Below are positions 26,480 through 38,083 of a stretch of DNA of 64,000 nt, one piece after another; position 1 is the stretch's first letter, and each line of letters begins with the position of its first letter. The stretch spans positions 23,312,001 through 23,376,000 of the forward strand of contig CATNEN010000038.1 of NCBI GenBank assembly GCA_950097015.1. The letters run 5' to 3'. A program made the translations under genes and the position numbers. The DNA is from Macrostomum hystrix. Taxonomy: Eukaryota > Animalia > Platyhelminthes. Under the pieces are notes generated by a model. It saw only the letters and a program-made list of their open reading frames with translations, was not told the origin of the DNA and ran no database searches.

Positions 26480-28255
26480 AAATTCATCAGATCATTCCTT
26501 GAATAATCGATAATCAATCATCGGATCATTCCTAGAATAATTGATAATCCATCATCGGATCATTCCTAGAATAATTGATAATCCATCATCAGATCATTCC
26601 TAGAATAATTGATAATCCATCATCGGATCATTCCTAGAATAATTGATAATCCATCATCGGATCATTCCTAGAATAATTGATAATCCATCATCGGATCATT
26701 CCTAGAATAATTGATAATCCATCATCGGATCATTCCTAGAATAATTGATAATCCATCATCAGATCATTCCTAGAATAATTGATAATCCATCATCGGATCA
26801 TTCCTAGAATAATTGATAATCCATCATCGGATCATTCCTAGAATAATTGATAATCCATCATCGGATCATTCCTAGAATAATTGATAATCCATCATCGGAT
26901 CATTCCTAGAATAATTGATAATCCATCATCAGGTCATTCCTGGAATAATCGATAATCCATCATCAGGTCATTCCAGGAATAATCGATAATCCATCATCGG
27001 ATCATTCATGGAGTAATCGATAATCCATCATCAGATCATTCATGGAGTAATTGATAATCCATCATCAGATCATTCATGGAGTAATTGATAATCCATCATC
27101 GGATCATTCATGGAGTAATTGATAATCCATCATCAGATCATTCATGGAGTAATTGATAATCCATCATCAGATCATTCATGGAGTAATTGATAATCTATGA
27201 TCAGGTCATTCATGGAATAATCGATAATCCATCATCGGATCATTCATGGAGTAATCGATAATCCATCATCAGATCATTCATGGAGTAATTGATAATCCAT
27301 CATCAGATCATTCATGGAGTATTTGATAATCCATCATCGGATCATTCATGGAGTAATTGATAATCCATCATCAGATCATTCATGGAGTAATTGATAATCC
27401 ATCATCAGATCATTCATGGAGTAATTGATAATCTATGATCAGGTCATTCATGGAATAATCGATAATCCATCATCGGATCATTCATGGAGTAATCGATAAT
27501 CAATCATCAGATCATTCATGGAGTAATCGATAATCAATCATCAGGTCATTCCTGGAGTAATCGATAATCAATCATCAGATCATTCATGGAGTAATCGATA
27601 ATCAATCATCAGGTCATTCATGGAGTAATCGATAATCAATCATCAGGTCATTCATGGAATAATCGATAATCAATCATCAGGTCATTCATGGAATAATCGA
27701 TAATCAATCATCAGGTCATTCATGGAATAATCGATAATCAATCATCAGGTCATTCATGGAATAATCGATAATCAATCATCAGGTCATTCATGGAGTAATT
27801 GATAATCCATGATCAGGTCATTCATGGAGTAATTGATAATCTATGATCAGGTCATTCATGGAGTAATTGATAATCCATGATCAGGTCACTTATTGAGTAA
27901 TCGATAATCCATCATCAGATCATTCATGGAGTAATTGATAATCCATGATCAGGTCACTTATTGAGTAATCGATAATCCATCATCAGATCATTCATGGAGT
28001 AATTGATAATCCATCATCAGGTCATTCGTGGAGTAATTGATAATCCATGATCAGGTCATTCATGGAATAATTGATAATCCATCATCAGGTCATTCATGGA
28101 ATAATTGATAATCCATCATCAGGTCATTCATGGAATAATTGATAATCCATCATCAGGTCATTCATGGAGTAATCAATAATCCATCATCAGGTCATTCATG
28201 GAGTAATTGATAATCCATGATCAGGTCATTCATGGAGTAATTGATAATCCATGAT
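26480..28255. repeat. 34-bp minisatellite with polarised variant blocks
   Basis: Unit GATAATCCATCATCGGATCATTCCTAGAATAATT grading into ...ATTCATGGAGTAATT variants. Confidence 0.95.
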
Positions 28256-28772
28256 CATGCGATCCCGGGCTTTCAGTTTTATGTTTCAACCCTGGCCATT
28301 GCCATCAGTAGCCTTATATGTTATTGTAGAATATTTTTCTGTCCTCTCATACTTATAAACCGCCTGTCAATCTGACAGACAGGCGGTTTTGCAGGATACG
28401 AAAAAAACTGTCAATTCCTCAATTCCACATGATGCTATATGGGTGGAGACAAACTAATGTGTGTCGACACAGTCATCGCTTATATAGTGGTCGTCACAAA
28501 TACTAAAATCTATTGTCGAAACAATTGCCTGTATTTCTGTAGACTTGTGCGCACCCCTATCTGCCTATTCCCTGAATGTGTCTCCCTATGGAGCATAATT
28601 TATCAATTATGCAGTGGCAGGAGGGACTGGCTGAGTGGCATTGGCCCACACTGCCATCTATATCTGGTGCCAATGCATGAATTAGCACTATAATTAATCT
28701 ACTCGCATGTATTGATTTATGCACATTATAGAAATACTGGAAAAAAAATCCTGACTAAATTAGCCGTTTCCT

Positions 28773-29140
28773 TAATAATAATAATAATAATTGCAGGAAG
28801 GCTGCGGGCAGTGGCACATCATTTGGTGACACTAGATCCGCAGCCATCGAAGAGGCAATTCTGCCCATTTCGCTGACTCCTGAGCACACACGCACACAGA
28901 TACTGTACGCAGGCACACGCTCACACAGGTGTGTACATCTGCCCTGACTTTCTCATCGTCAGGCAGTGTACACTCTCACTGTGCCTTGGAGGTTGGCCCT
29001 CAAGGGCCTAAATTCCACGACAAGCCCCCAAGCCTTCTCTCCGCGGCTGCGCCCCAAATAAATGTGGCCTCGCCGTTGAATCGAACTTAGGGACCGTGGT
29101 GCGAGAGGCGAACGCGATAACCGCTCTGCCACCGACCCCC
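28773..29140 (-). mobile_element. tRNA-derived SINE, family A (full length, about 370 bp)
   Basis: Reverse complement starts GGGGTCGGTGGCAGAGCGG (A box) then AAGTTCGATTC (B box). Body is shared with at least 6 other copies in the window. (TTA)n tail. Confidence 0.9.
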
Positions 29141-29231
29141 ATTCGGTAAGTTTCTTAGCGAGGCACTGACTCTGCATTGCTACAGCTCACACAGCAGTGA
29201 AAATTGATACCAGAGTTAGCTGGGGTTAGAA

Positions 29232-29590
29232 GGGGTCAGTGCCCGAGCGGTCTCTAACGCTTTTGCCTGTTGCACCAAGGTCCCTGAGCTCGATTCCACG
29301 GCGAGGCCACATTCATTTGGGGCGCAGTCGTGTAGAGAAGGCTTGGGGGCTTGTCGTGCAATTTACGCCATTGATTGCCTACAAGGCACAATGAGAGTGT
29401 ACACTAACTACACAATAAGAAAGTCAGGGCAGATGTACACACCTGTGTGAGCGTGTGCCTGTGTACAGTATCTGTGTGCGTGTGTGCTCAGGCCGAATAG
29501 GCCGAATCGCCTCTTCGCTGGCTGCTGATCTAGTGTCACTGAATGATGTGCCATTGACCGCAGCCTTTCTGCAGTTATTATTTATTATAA
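29232..29590 (+). mobile_element. tRNA-derived SINE, family A, inserted into an older family B SINE
   Basis: Same body as 28773-29140 with TTA tail. Flanked by near-duplicate TTAGCTGGGGTTA / TTAGCTGGTGTAA. Flanks 29148-29231 and 29591-29690 match family B. Confidence 0.85.
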
Positions 29591-29796
29591 TTAGCTGGTG
29601 TAATTAAGATTCTGTGTGGCGTCCCGGCCCTGTCCATGGACAGCCGTACGCAGTCTTCAGATGCGCTGCGTAATCGAGGCAATCGTGGACAAAAGACCTT
29701 TGATTTCTGTCACTAATTATTGACATTATTCGTTTTCTATCAATACCTTTATCGTTGAAAAGCTCCTGATAAGCCATTGTCTATCGTTATTTCTCT

Positions 29797-29797
29797 T

Positions 29798-29836
<39 letters not shown>
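29797..29836. repeat. (TCTG)n microsatellite
   Basis: Direct reading of the sequence. Confidence 0.9.
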
Positions 29837-31604
29837 TTCGATCTTTCTTGTTCGTGGATAGCAGATTGCCCGCAATGAAACATGCATAGAGTGTATATTT
29901 TTCGTACACTATAGTTGAATATTATTAGGCCATTAAAAGTTTAGGTCAATAAAGAAGTGAGTCCAACGAAAATTATTTTGAGCTATCTCACGTCCATCAA
30001 AGTAATGATGTACTACCTCCTCATCATGTGCTTTTTATTTTCACAATTCACAAGCTTTCCCGGAAAAGATGACTAGAGATGACCCTTCTATGCGACTGCA
30101 ATCGACACTTAATTAATTTGACCAAAGGCTTTCTCTGCTGGTAGCAACTAAAACTGGAGTAGGCGAACAGCTCTGAAGCGAATGTGTTGTCGCGAAGCTC
30201 TTATTGAATTTGCCTCAGTTCGGTACTAGCTACATGACCACACAGGGCCAAGGCCTCAAGACCAACCGTAGGACTGTAGAACTCTGCCAATCAATCTTGC
30301 CTGTCTATAATTCGGAATTGAGTCTCCCCCTATGTAGGGAGAAGACCGATGCCCACTTATCTTTTTTTTCTCCTTTTCTACATTTCTCTTCCGCCTCTGC
30401 TTTTATGCATCTGTCTTTTGCTTTGATTCCCAGAAAATTTCCCACGCAGACTGTTTTTGCCGAGTTTGCGAGTTGCGAGACGTTATAAAACTATAAACTT
30501 CTAGCTGAGTAATGCAATATCGAGCAGAAAATAAATATAATGAGAAGAACAAACTTCTGCCCCCCCCTGGATTTCGGGACGACCCAGGAACTTTTCTGAC
30601 TCCCTGAATCCACGCCTAATGGGCTCCCATTGCCACCGGGGACCGCGGCGCGAAGCCGGCACCGCCCCACCTAGGCGGTTGATGAGCGCCAAGTCTAATA
30701 CAGAAGTCGAAAAAAAAGCAAAAAAAAATATCTGGCAAGATCGAAGAACCGCCGCAAGGCGGCGGCAAGGACGCGGGATCTGGGAGGAGGTGGCCGGAGG
30801 GGAGATTTCCCTAGGGAAAATAAACTAGCAGCCTGAGAGAGAGAGAGAGAGTGGGCGCTCTTCTTACCCTGCCAGCCTCGGTCCCTCAGAGTCCCAGCTG
30901 CAGATGAAATGATGAATGGAATTGGTGGCAGCAGCCCTTCAACTGTCAGTCACTGCGACAGGACAGAGATTGATCCTTAGTCCTTCATGCCTAAATCACT
31001 GTTTTCTCTCTGACTGTGGGGGCTACTAAAAGCTGACTGAAAGCGCCAGAAAGAAATAACAAAGTCCCCGCAGCAGCGTTTCCTGTGTACACAGGAGCCA
31101 AGTTCGAAATAATGCAGCTAAGTGCGCGAATAACACGAGGACACAATATGGATGCCAGGAATTCATTGTTTATAATCAGTTTTCTGTCTGGCAACCGAAT
31201 GTAAAATGGTCAAACACTGTTTGCAAATAGAGAGAATTTGTGTTACCACACAATATTGATTCTGTATTATGGGACATAAAGTTTTAGGTAGAAATTTCGC
31301 GACAATGTCAACAACATAAAAGCGTCCTTAAAACGCGAGCGACACTCTGAACGCTACACCCACTGTCATGGAGTAGCCGATTATTCAGGTTATGAATCCA
31401 CGAGGTGGCTTGACGAAAGTCGTTTTAACACGCAGTCGTTTTGGCTGGAATTTGTAAATATTTTCAAAGTTCGCAAACCATGTAAACACTATAAATTCAT
31501 GAATTGTACTTTTATGCCTTTAAAACCTGCGAAACATTACATATACTTGTTTACTATTTATCTACACCAACCGACAGAATTCAGTTGCAATCGTCTGCGT
31601 TGCT

Positions 31605-32982
31605 ATGAGCACTTCTGAATCGGTGTTGCAAACTTTCACGACTAGAGCCGTCGAGCTCAGGCTGCTCACATCGACGGAGCCTTCGCTGGCGCCACCGCAG
31701 TCTCCGCAGAAGCATTATCCGCGACATCCGGCCTTCAGCTCGAACCGCCTGGGCGGAATCCGCTCTCAGTCGGGACAAGATGGCAGCTTCCAGGTGGACA
31801 GGCCGCTAGCCGGTGTGCTGGTTATCGGCGGAATTTTACTGTTCGTCAGCATGAGCCTCACGGCCGCTGTGATTGTCTTCTGCAAGAAGAAAAACACGGT
31901 GTTTGTGCTGCAGAAGAGCGAACAGGACGACGAAGTGGCTGCAGCTGATGACTCCGACCTGGAGCTGGGCGACTTTTTAAATGACGAGCCCGGTTATTTC
32001 GGCTGGGGTCAGTCCGAGTCCGAGTTGCGCTACACCCCGCTGGCGCTGTGCAGCCTGCCGCGGCTGCAGATCAGCGTCGATCTATCGAGCGGCGAGCGCC
32101 GCATCCGCTGCTGCCAGTCTGAGGAGGAGGAGGCGGAGCCGTCGCTCGACAACGAAGCTGTCGGCGTGCTGCAAAATCCTCACGTCAGGGACTCGCGACT
32201 GTCCCTGATGCCCGTGGGGGCGGCGCCGTTTTGTTCACAGTCCGCACTAGCTGGTGTGGCGAATTCTTCTGATGACAACAGAGACTGTCGGGTGACTGGC
32301 TTGCCCAGGTTTGCCGGCTAGTTCCTTAGTTTTTGTTTAGTACTTACTAGCGAACCACTTTGCCTCTCGCACCGAGGTCCATGAGCTCGATTCTGGGGCC
32401 AAGGCCACATTCATTTGGGGCGCAGCCATGGAGAGAAGGCTTGGTGGCTTGTCGTGTAATTTACGGAGGGCCAACCTCCAAGGCACAGTGAAGTGTACAC
32501 TGCCTGACGATGAGAAAGTCAGGGCAGATGTACACACCTTTGTGAGCGTGTGCCTGCGTACGGTATCTGTGTGCGTGTGTGCTCAGGAGTCAGCGAAATA
32601 AGAGGCAGAATTGCCTCCTCGCAGGCTGCGAGTCTAGTGTCACCAAATGATGTGCAATTGCCCGCAGCTGCAGTCCTGCATTTATAAATTTTTGTGATAA
32701 TTTAGAAGCCTAAATCTTTAGCTAATCCGTAATGGTTGCAGATCTGCGACGTGCGCAGCCGCGGTTGGATCAATTTCACCTGCCTCTGCCCTCTCGAAGC
32801 ATCCTTGCGGTTTGAAAAGCGACTCAACGAACAACGGTCCATACGTAGAAGAAATGGTTAGCCTGAGCTTGATGTCTGAAAGTCATCGAGATTCGCAAAG
32901 CGCGGAAGATGAAGAAGGTCTGGTTGCCGCAGCAACCAAAGAGAAGGCTGAGCAGTCTTGTCAGCAAACTAGTGTACTTTAG
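31605..32982 (+). CDS. Uncharacterised single-pass membrane protein
   Basis: TM helix LAGVLVIGGILLFVSMSLTAAVIVFC followed by KKKNTVFVLQKSEQ and an acidic tail. Predicted intron 32309-32741 (AG|GTTTGC ... TTGCAG, phase 2) removes a SINE and extends the frame to ...CQQTSVL* at 32982. An in-frame acceptor at 31577 suggests an upstream exon, possibly 30909-30944. Confidence 0.7.
32345..32690 (+). mobile_element. SINE family A (intronic)
   Basis: B-box-like GAGCTCGATTC and body matching family A (GGCCACATTCATTTGGGGCGCAG...GATGAGAAAGTCAGGGCAGATGTACACACC...). Confidence 0.88.
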
Positions 32983-33132
32983 CGCTGCTTATGATTTTGA
33001 TAAAAAATGATGTCATTTATGTTTTGAAGCTCAGAAATTACAGAAAGAAACTGAGATAGTAATTTTATTTTGTGACAGGGTATATTGCCAGCAAACAAAG
33101 ACCACTGTTTTGCCCATTTACTCTTAAAATCC

Positions 33133-33370
33133 GGGGGTTGTAGCTTTATTGGCTAGAGCGTCGGACTCATAAATTAAAGGTCGGGGGTTCGATTCCCGAC
33201 AACACTGAGACAAAGATATATACTTATTAGCAAGACACCCAACTTTCAAATAGGTACCAGCATTGGCTGGGGCAATTGAGTGTGTGTGTATATCGTCCCC
33301 CCCAGTCCATGGACTGAACAGCCAGCTGTACAACTGGCCTAATTGGGGCGCACACCAATCTGTTATTATT
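33133..33370 (+). mobile_element. tRNA-derived SINE, family B
   Basis: GGGGGTTGTAGCTTTATTGGCTAGAGCG (A box), GGTTCGATTCCC (B box), central AGCAAGACAC...GGTACCAGCATT, 3' CAGTCCATGGACT, TTA tail. Confidence 0.8.
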
Positions 33371-34347
33371 TACTTTTATCTTAAAATTCGCATGTTATAC
33401 CTACAAAAAGTAGCTTTGACAATCTGTTGTAATTGTTTTCTACCCAAATGACATTATTTATTCAAATTTTTCTTGTAAAATAAAAAAAATAAATTGAAGT
33501 CTAACTCAAGCTATTCTCATTCATGCCAAAATCCTCACGTGCTCCAGCTATAGACCGATCATATTTCTCGGTACTCGCTACTTAAAGTAGACCAGAAAAT
33601 CATAGATTGCGATGTCAAGATTCAATCCAAGATGACTTTGTTTTCTGATAAGGTGATTGCTTTTAATTTGTAATCATTATTCAGCTGATTAATAGAAAAA
33701 GTAATAGCTACGACATGTTAGTCGTAACGCTTATTAATATATTTGATACAAAAGGCATCACATGTTACACAAATCGAGGCTTAAAACCAAAGCAGTGGTG
33801 TTACAACAAAAAAATGGTCTATCCCAAATTTCATAAAACTTACCCCATGTACGAGCGTAGTTTAGGAAAAGTAAACTTGAGAAAATCTAAACAAACGGTA
33901 AAGCAGAAAGTACACAAAAGCAAAAAAAACTATTTACCGTACAAATATGCAACACCTGTATGAACAAATAAAACAATAAAATTTGAAGCATAATGTGACT
34001 TTCTAATCTGTTGTTTACCTTAAAACATTTGTTAAATTATTCTCCTACTATAACTGTACATGAAATTCAAAGTTCTCGAGCTTTAGTTTCCTAATTTTTT
34101 TAGGGAGTTAAGTTAGTTCATCGTAAAGGCCGGAAAATTTTAATCCTTATGGTGGACTTTCAAGAAAAATCGGTCATTCGGTTTGGGAGCTGTCGTGAAG
34201 TAGGCAGGGGTATTTGAAACAGCCCATTGTTCCCCAATGGGAGAACAATGGCATGGTCATTCTACTGGAGAAAAGCGACTCAGGATGAATAAAGTTACAT
34301 GCTGGTGTGTATTTAAACACAAACTGTTGAAAATTAATATGTGCGGA

Positions 34348-37000
34348 CTAATCCGGCAGTTCAACCGAGTCCTGACTTGTCAGCGACTCCGGAGACAGTC
34401 GCTGCATTGGAAAATCTATTTGCGCTGACATTGGCGACGAGATCACTTGATGACGTCGCTGCGAATGACTAGCGGCCGAAGGTTGAACGAGACCGCCGCC
34501 GCGGTTGAGTCGCCTGATCAGCTGGCGCTTCTTGCTCGATTCAGGCATTGACTGGACCGAAGCGAATAACAAAGCCACCTGACGTTTCGTGTAGTCCGTC
34601 TGAGAAGCCGCGTCCTGATGCTGCCCCATCGACAACGGCGTTGTAGCAAAACGCACTGACAGAGCGGGATGACAGTCAGTCGCGTCGTGAGCTTGTGACC
34701 GGTGCAGATGATGCAAAATTCGTTCAGCATCAGCGGCAACGCTCTCTGGAATCTGGCAAGTTTGGGAAGTTATATGCATGCATATGTGTTTTCCTTTCTT
34801 TAAATTCATTACCTAGCTTAAAATTTTGTCGTCGCTATCTGTTTAGTAAACGAAAAAGCGTTTAAGCCAGCAAAACACCGTAGATTTAAAACACCAATCC
34901 GTAACGCCGGCCATCCTCACCTGAAAGACTTCGGCGGCACATTGAAATAGGAATGCAGCCGCCGCATTGAACTCAGTGGCTTGAGCACGCGCCTCCGTCA
35001 TTTGCCTCTGTACTTGCTGCAGCTGATGCTCACGCGGATACAGAATCACGGGGCCGAAGACCACACCAAGGCACTGGGCCGTCATCTGGGTGACCTCGCA
35101 CAGCCCGAGTTGCGCCACCTCAGTTAGCAGACGCCGTAGAAACTGACGCTTTTCCGTTGGAAGCAGCTGAATCAACAGCCGGAACGCCTTTAGTCGTTTC
35201 GCCCCGGCAACTGACGCATTGGTATCGACGCCGGCAGTATAAATGGCAGCGACCTGTTGAAAGTACGGCAGCAAACGCCTGGTGAGCAATGGCTCAGACG
35301 CTGAGGCCAGAGACGCTTTCAATGCGCCAGCGAGATCGTGCGGCGAGCAGTCTGCCGCGGCCTTTGCTCCTACAGCTGCAGCGTAGTCCGCATCTTCCCA
35401 GACAGCTTTAGAAAGGCCATCTCGTAACTGCCGCTGCCTCGAGGCTGAGCCGCATTTTCTAAACAGTCCATCGACCGGCGCTCGAGCGCAGAGCAGCGAC
35501 AGCAGAGTACCAGCCTCGAGTAGGTCGGAGTTTTCCCTAGCTGTGTTGCAAAAGGGAAGGTCAGGTAAAGAAAGTCGCACCAAGGTCGATTCTGCGGCGA
35601 TGCCACATTCATTTGGGGCGGAGAGAAGGCTTGGGGGCTTGTCGTGCAATTGACGCCCTTGAGGGCCAACCTACAAGGCACAATGAGAGTGTGCATTGCC
35701 TGACGATGAGAAAGTCAGGGTAGATGTACACACACGTGTGAGCGTGTGCCTGCGTACAGTATGTGTGCGTGTGTTCTCAGGAGTCAGCGAAATGGGCAGA
35801 ATTTCGTCCTCGCTGGCTGCGGGTCTAGTGTCACAAAATAATGTGCCATTGTGTGTCTTAAACTACAAATTGAAGCAGTACAAAAAACCTGTTACCCGTA
35901 GGTTGATGACTATTCGATGAAACAGCAGCATCACAGCCCGCAGCAACGCCGTAGTCAATATCATCAAACAGATCCGATGGCACGTCAATCAGGAAGGACA
36001 GATGCACCAGGCAGAGCTGGCGAAATCTAGCTGGATGCCGTCGACGAAGTTGTTCGAAGCTGTCGCATAGCCGCAGGCAGGTTGCCGGGCGGTTCATGGC
36101 TGCCGTGAAAGCCATAAGCTCGGCCTGATTTCGAGTGAGAATGCATTGCGCCTTTTAAATCCTAAATGCCTATGAACTTATTGAATAATTAATTGATAAT
36201 AATTGATTACATCTGCCCCAATGGCGTCAGATGTGCAGCCGACAGCAAAGTCGCAGCTAGTGCGCGGTGCATCTGAAGGCTGCGTATAGGTTTTCAGTCC
36301 ATGGACTGGGGTGATGCCACACACACCCTCAATTATCCCAGGACATAAATTGTTCCAGTGGAGTCAGGAATCGAGCCTCCGACCTTTAATTCGTGAGCCC
36401 GACGCTCTAACCACAAGGCTACAACCTCTGTAGGGTCGATAGAGGTTATGAACTATTGCATCATAAGTCTCCATACTGGATAGTAATTGATTATATTGAC
36501 GTAGCGGCAACGGGAGAAGCCATGTCATTCTAGCCATGACAGAGAACTGTAGGGCGGCTAACCTTAAATGTAAAAAAATTATACAAACGACAACGGACCG
36601 AATGAGATATCGACACTTGCGGCAGCGACGGCTGTATCCTCGTCGATTCCGGTTGATGAATCAACGACGACCTGGACAATGCCGGCTGACTAGATGATAG
36701 CTGTGTTGGCACTGGCGTTGGCGGCGGCGGTTGAGGACGACTGCGGCACACGGCTGCCGCCGCAGCGAACAGCACCGCGGAGGCGCTTCTGCGTCGCCTC
36801 TCCTGCCACACAGACTTTTTGCGCAGTCCATTAAACGGATGATGTCCATAGCCAAGGGCGTCGCCGCGCGCCTCATCGCCCGAAGCCGTTGTTGACGACA
36901 GCGGATTCGAAGTGCCGCGACGATGCTGACGACGCTGATGAAAGCTGGCAGCTGAAGGAGTCGACGAGGCCGACAAAGAGCATTCGTAAGCGGCAACCAT
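34348..37000 (-). CDS. ARHGAP19: Rho GTPase-activating protein, ARHGAP19/RhoGAP54D-like
   Basis: Exons 37000-36617, 36124-35896, 35540-34921, 34752-34348, phase-compatible; exon 1 has a weak donor. N-terminal LRRRHPARFRQLCLVHLSFLIDVP is typical of ARHGAP19. RhoGAP motifs: DGLFRKCGS, HDLAGALK, EPLLT, LIQLLP, MTAQCLGVVFGP, VFQ|IP. Confidence 0.82.
35575..35852 (+). mobile_element. SINE family A, antisense in RhoGAP intron 2
   Basis: Family A body lying within intron 35541-35895. Confidence 0.88.
36185..36430 (-). mobile_element. SINE family B in RhoGAP intron 1
   Basis: Reverse complement GGTTGTAGCCTTGTGGTTAGAGCG...GGCTCGATTCC...CAGTCCATGGACTG...TAATTATT tail. Confidence 0.78.
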
Positions 37001-38083
37001 TAACAGAAACGGAGGCCAGCCTCACTGCATAGGCATGTCGGTTTTTGATGCTCTAAAGTTTTTTGTCTCTGAACTGAGCCTATTTTTTACCGAAGTCAAC
37101 GGAAAGTACAAATTCCGAATTTGATCACTTTACTTACCAACCCATGTAGCAGCGCACAAGAACCGCCGTCATTGGCTGAGAGGAAGGAACAACTTGTGAG
37201 TTTTCACCCTTAACGCTCATTCACACTGCCATCAAACTAGACCATAAAACACGATTGTACACTTTTTAATGATCATTTTTAACAGAACATCGCACTAAAG
37301 TACACTAAAAAACTAGACAGTTGATGATAGTGTGAACGAGTCTTCACTGTACGCCTTTGATTCCACCACGTTGGTTTTGCATCTCTTGGTAATAAAATAT
37401 TTTTTAAATAATTTATGGCTTCTACGAGTCAAAAGTTAGGAGTGCGGTGGTTGGTTCAAGGAGTGCCAATTGCGAGTGAAAATTGTGAGTTGTGAGAGTG
37501 CAAATTGGTTTCTAAGAGTTTATCGGACTACTAGAAGTACGCTCCATAAGGAGTGATTTCATGGGAATCATGTGAATCTAGAGTACCATACAGCTTTAAG
37601 TCATAAAGCCTTCGAAAAAATATACTCTGACTATAAAAGTTCGCGGTCGACGATGATCCACAATTTCATCGTCAGAGTTAACAGAAACGCTGTGTCTAGA
37701 CGCAAGGAGCCTGAATGGTTTAGGAAACATTTTTCGCAATTTTTCGCAGATGTTTCTGCTCACAAAATTTCATAATTTAACCATGTTCGCTACATTCGTT
37801 AACAGTATTGTATTCATAATATTGTTGATTTATACGCTTTTGAACCAATCTAGATTCGCCAAAGACTTTTATGCAGAGCAATGATACTTGTCCTGTCACC
37901 AATGTCTTCGACAAGAATCATTGAATATCTCGACAATGCTGGCCGGAAAATTCCAATTCAGTTGGCGGACTTTCACGAAAATCGGTAATTCAGTTAGTGA
38001 GCTATTGAGAAATAGGCAGCAGGCATTTGAAAGCCCCTGGTCTTTCTACTATTAATAAGGAGTTGATTTAGTTCATGTCAAAA

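Noticed and set aside
28357-28389. 12-bp GC-rich hairpin followed by T (terminator-like)
   Set aside because: Intrinsic terminators are not relevant in this eukaryotic context, and no associated element or RNA gene could be supported.
33133-33205. tRNA gene calls at SINE heads (also 29070-29140, 36360-36430, 56166-56240)
   Set aside because: A and B boxes are present, but each continues into a shared SINE body and no convincing cloverleaf could be built.
35541-35649. SINE-derived N-terminus of the RhoGAP ORF (MHDKPPSLL...)
   Set aside because: It lies inside a phase-consistent intron (35541-35895); the exon starts at acceptor 35540.
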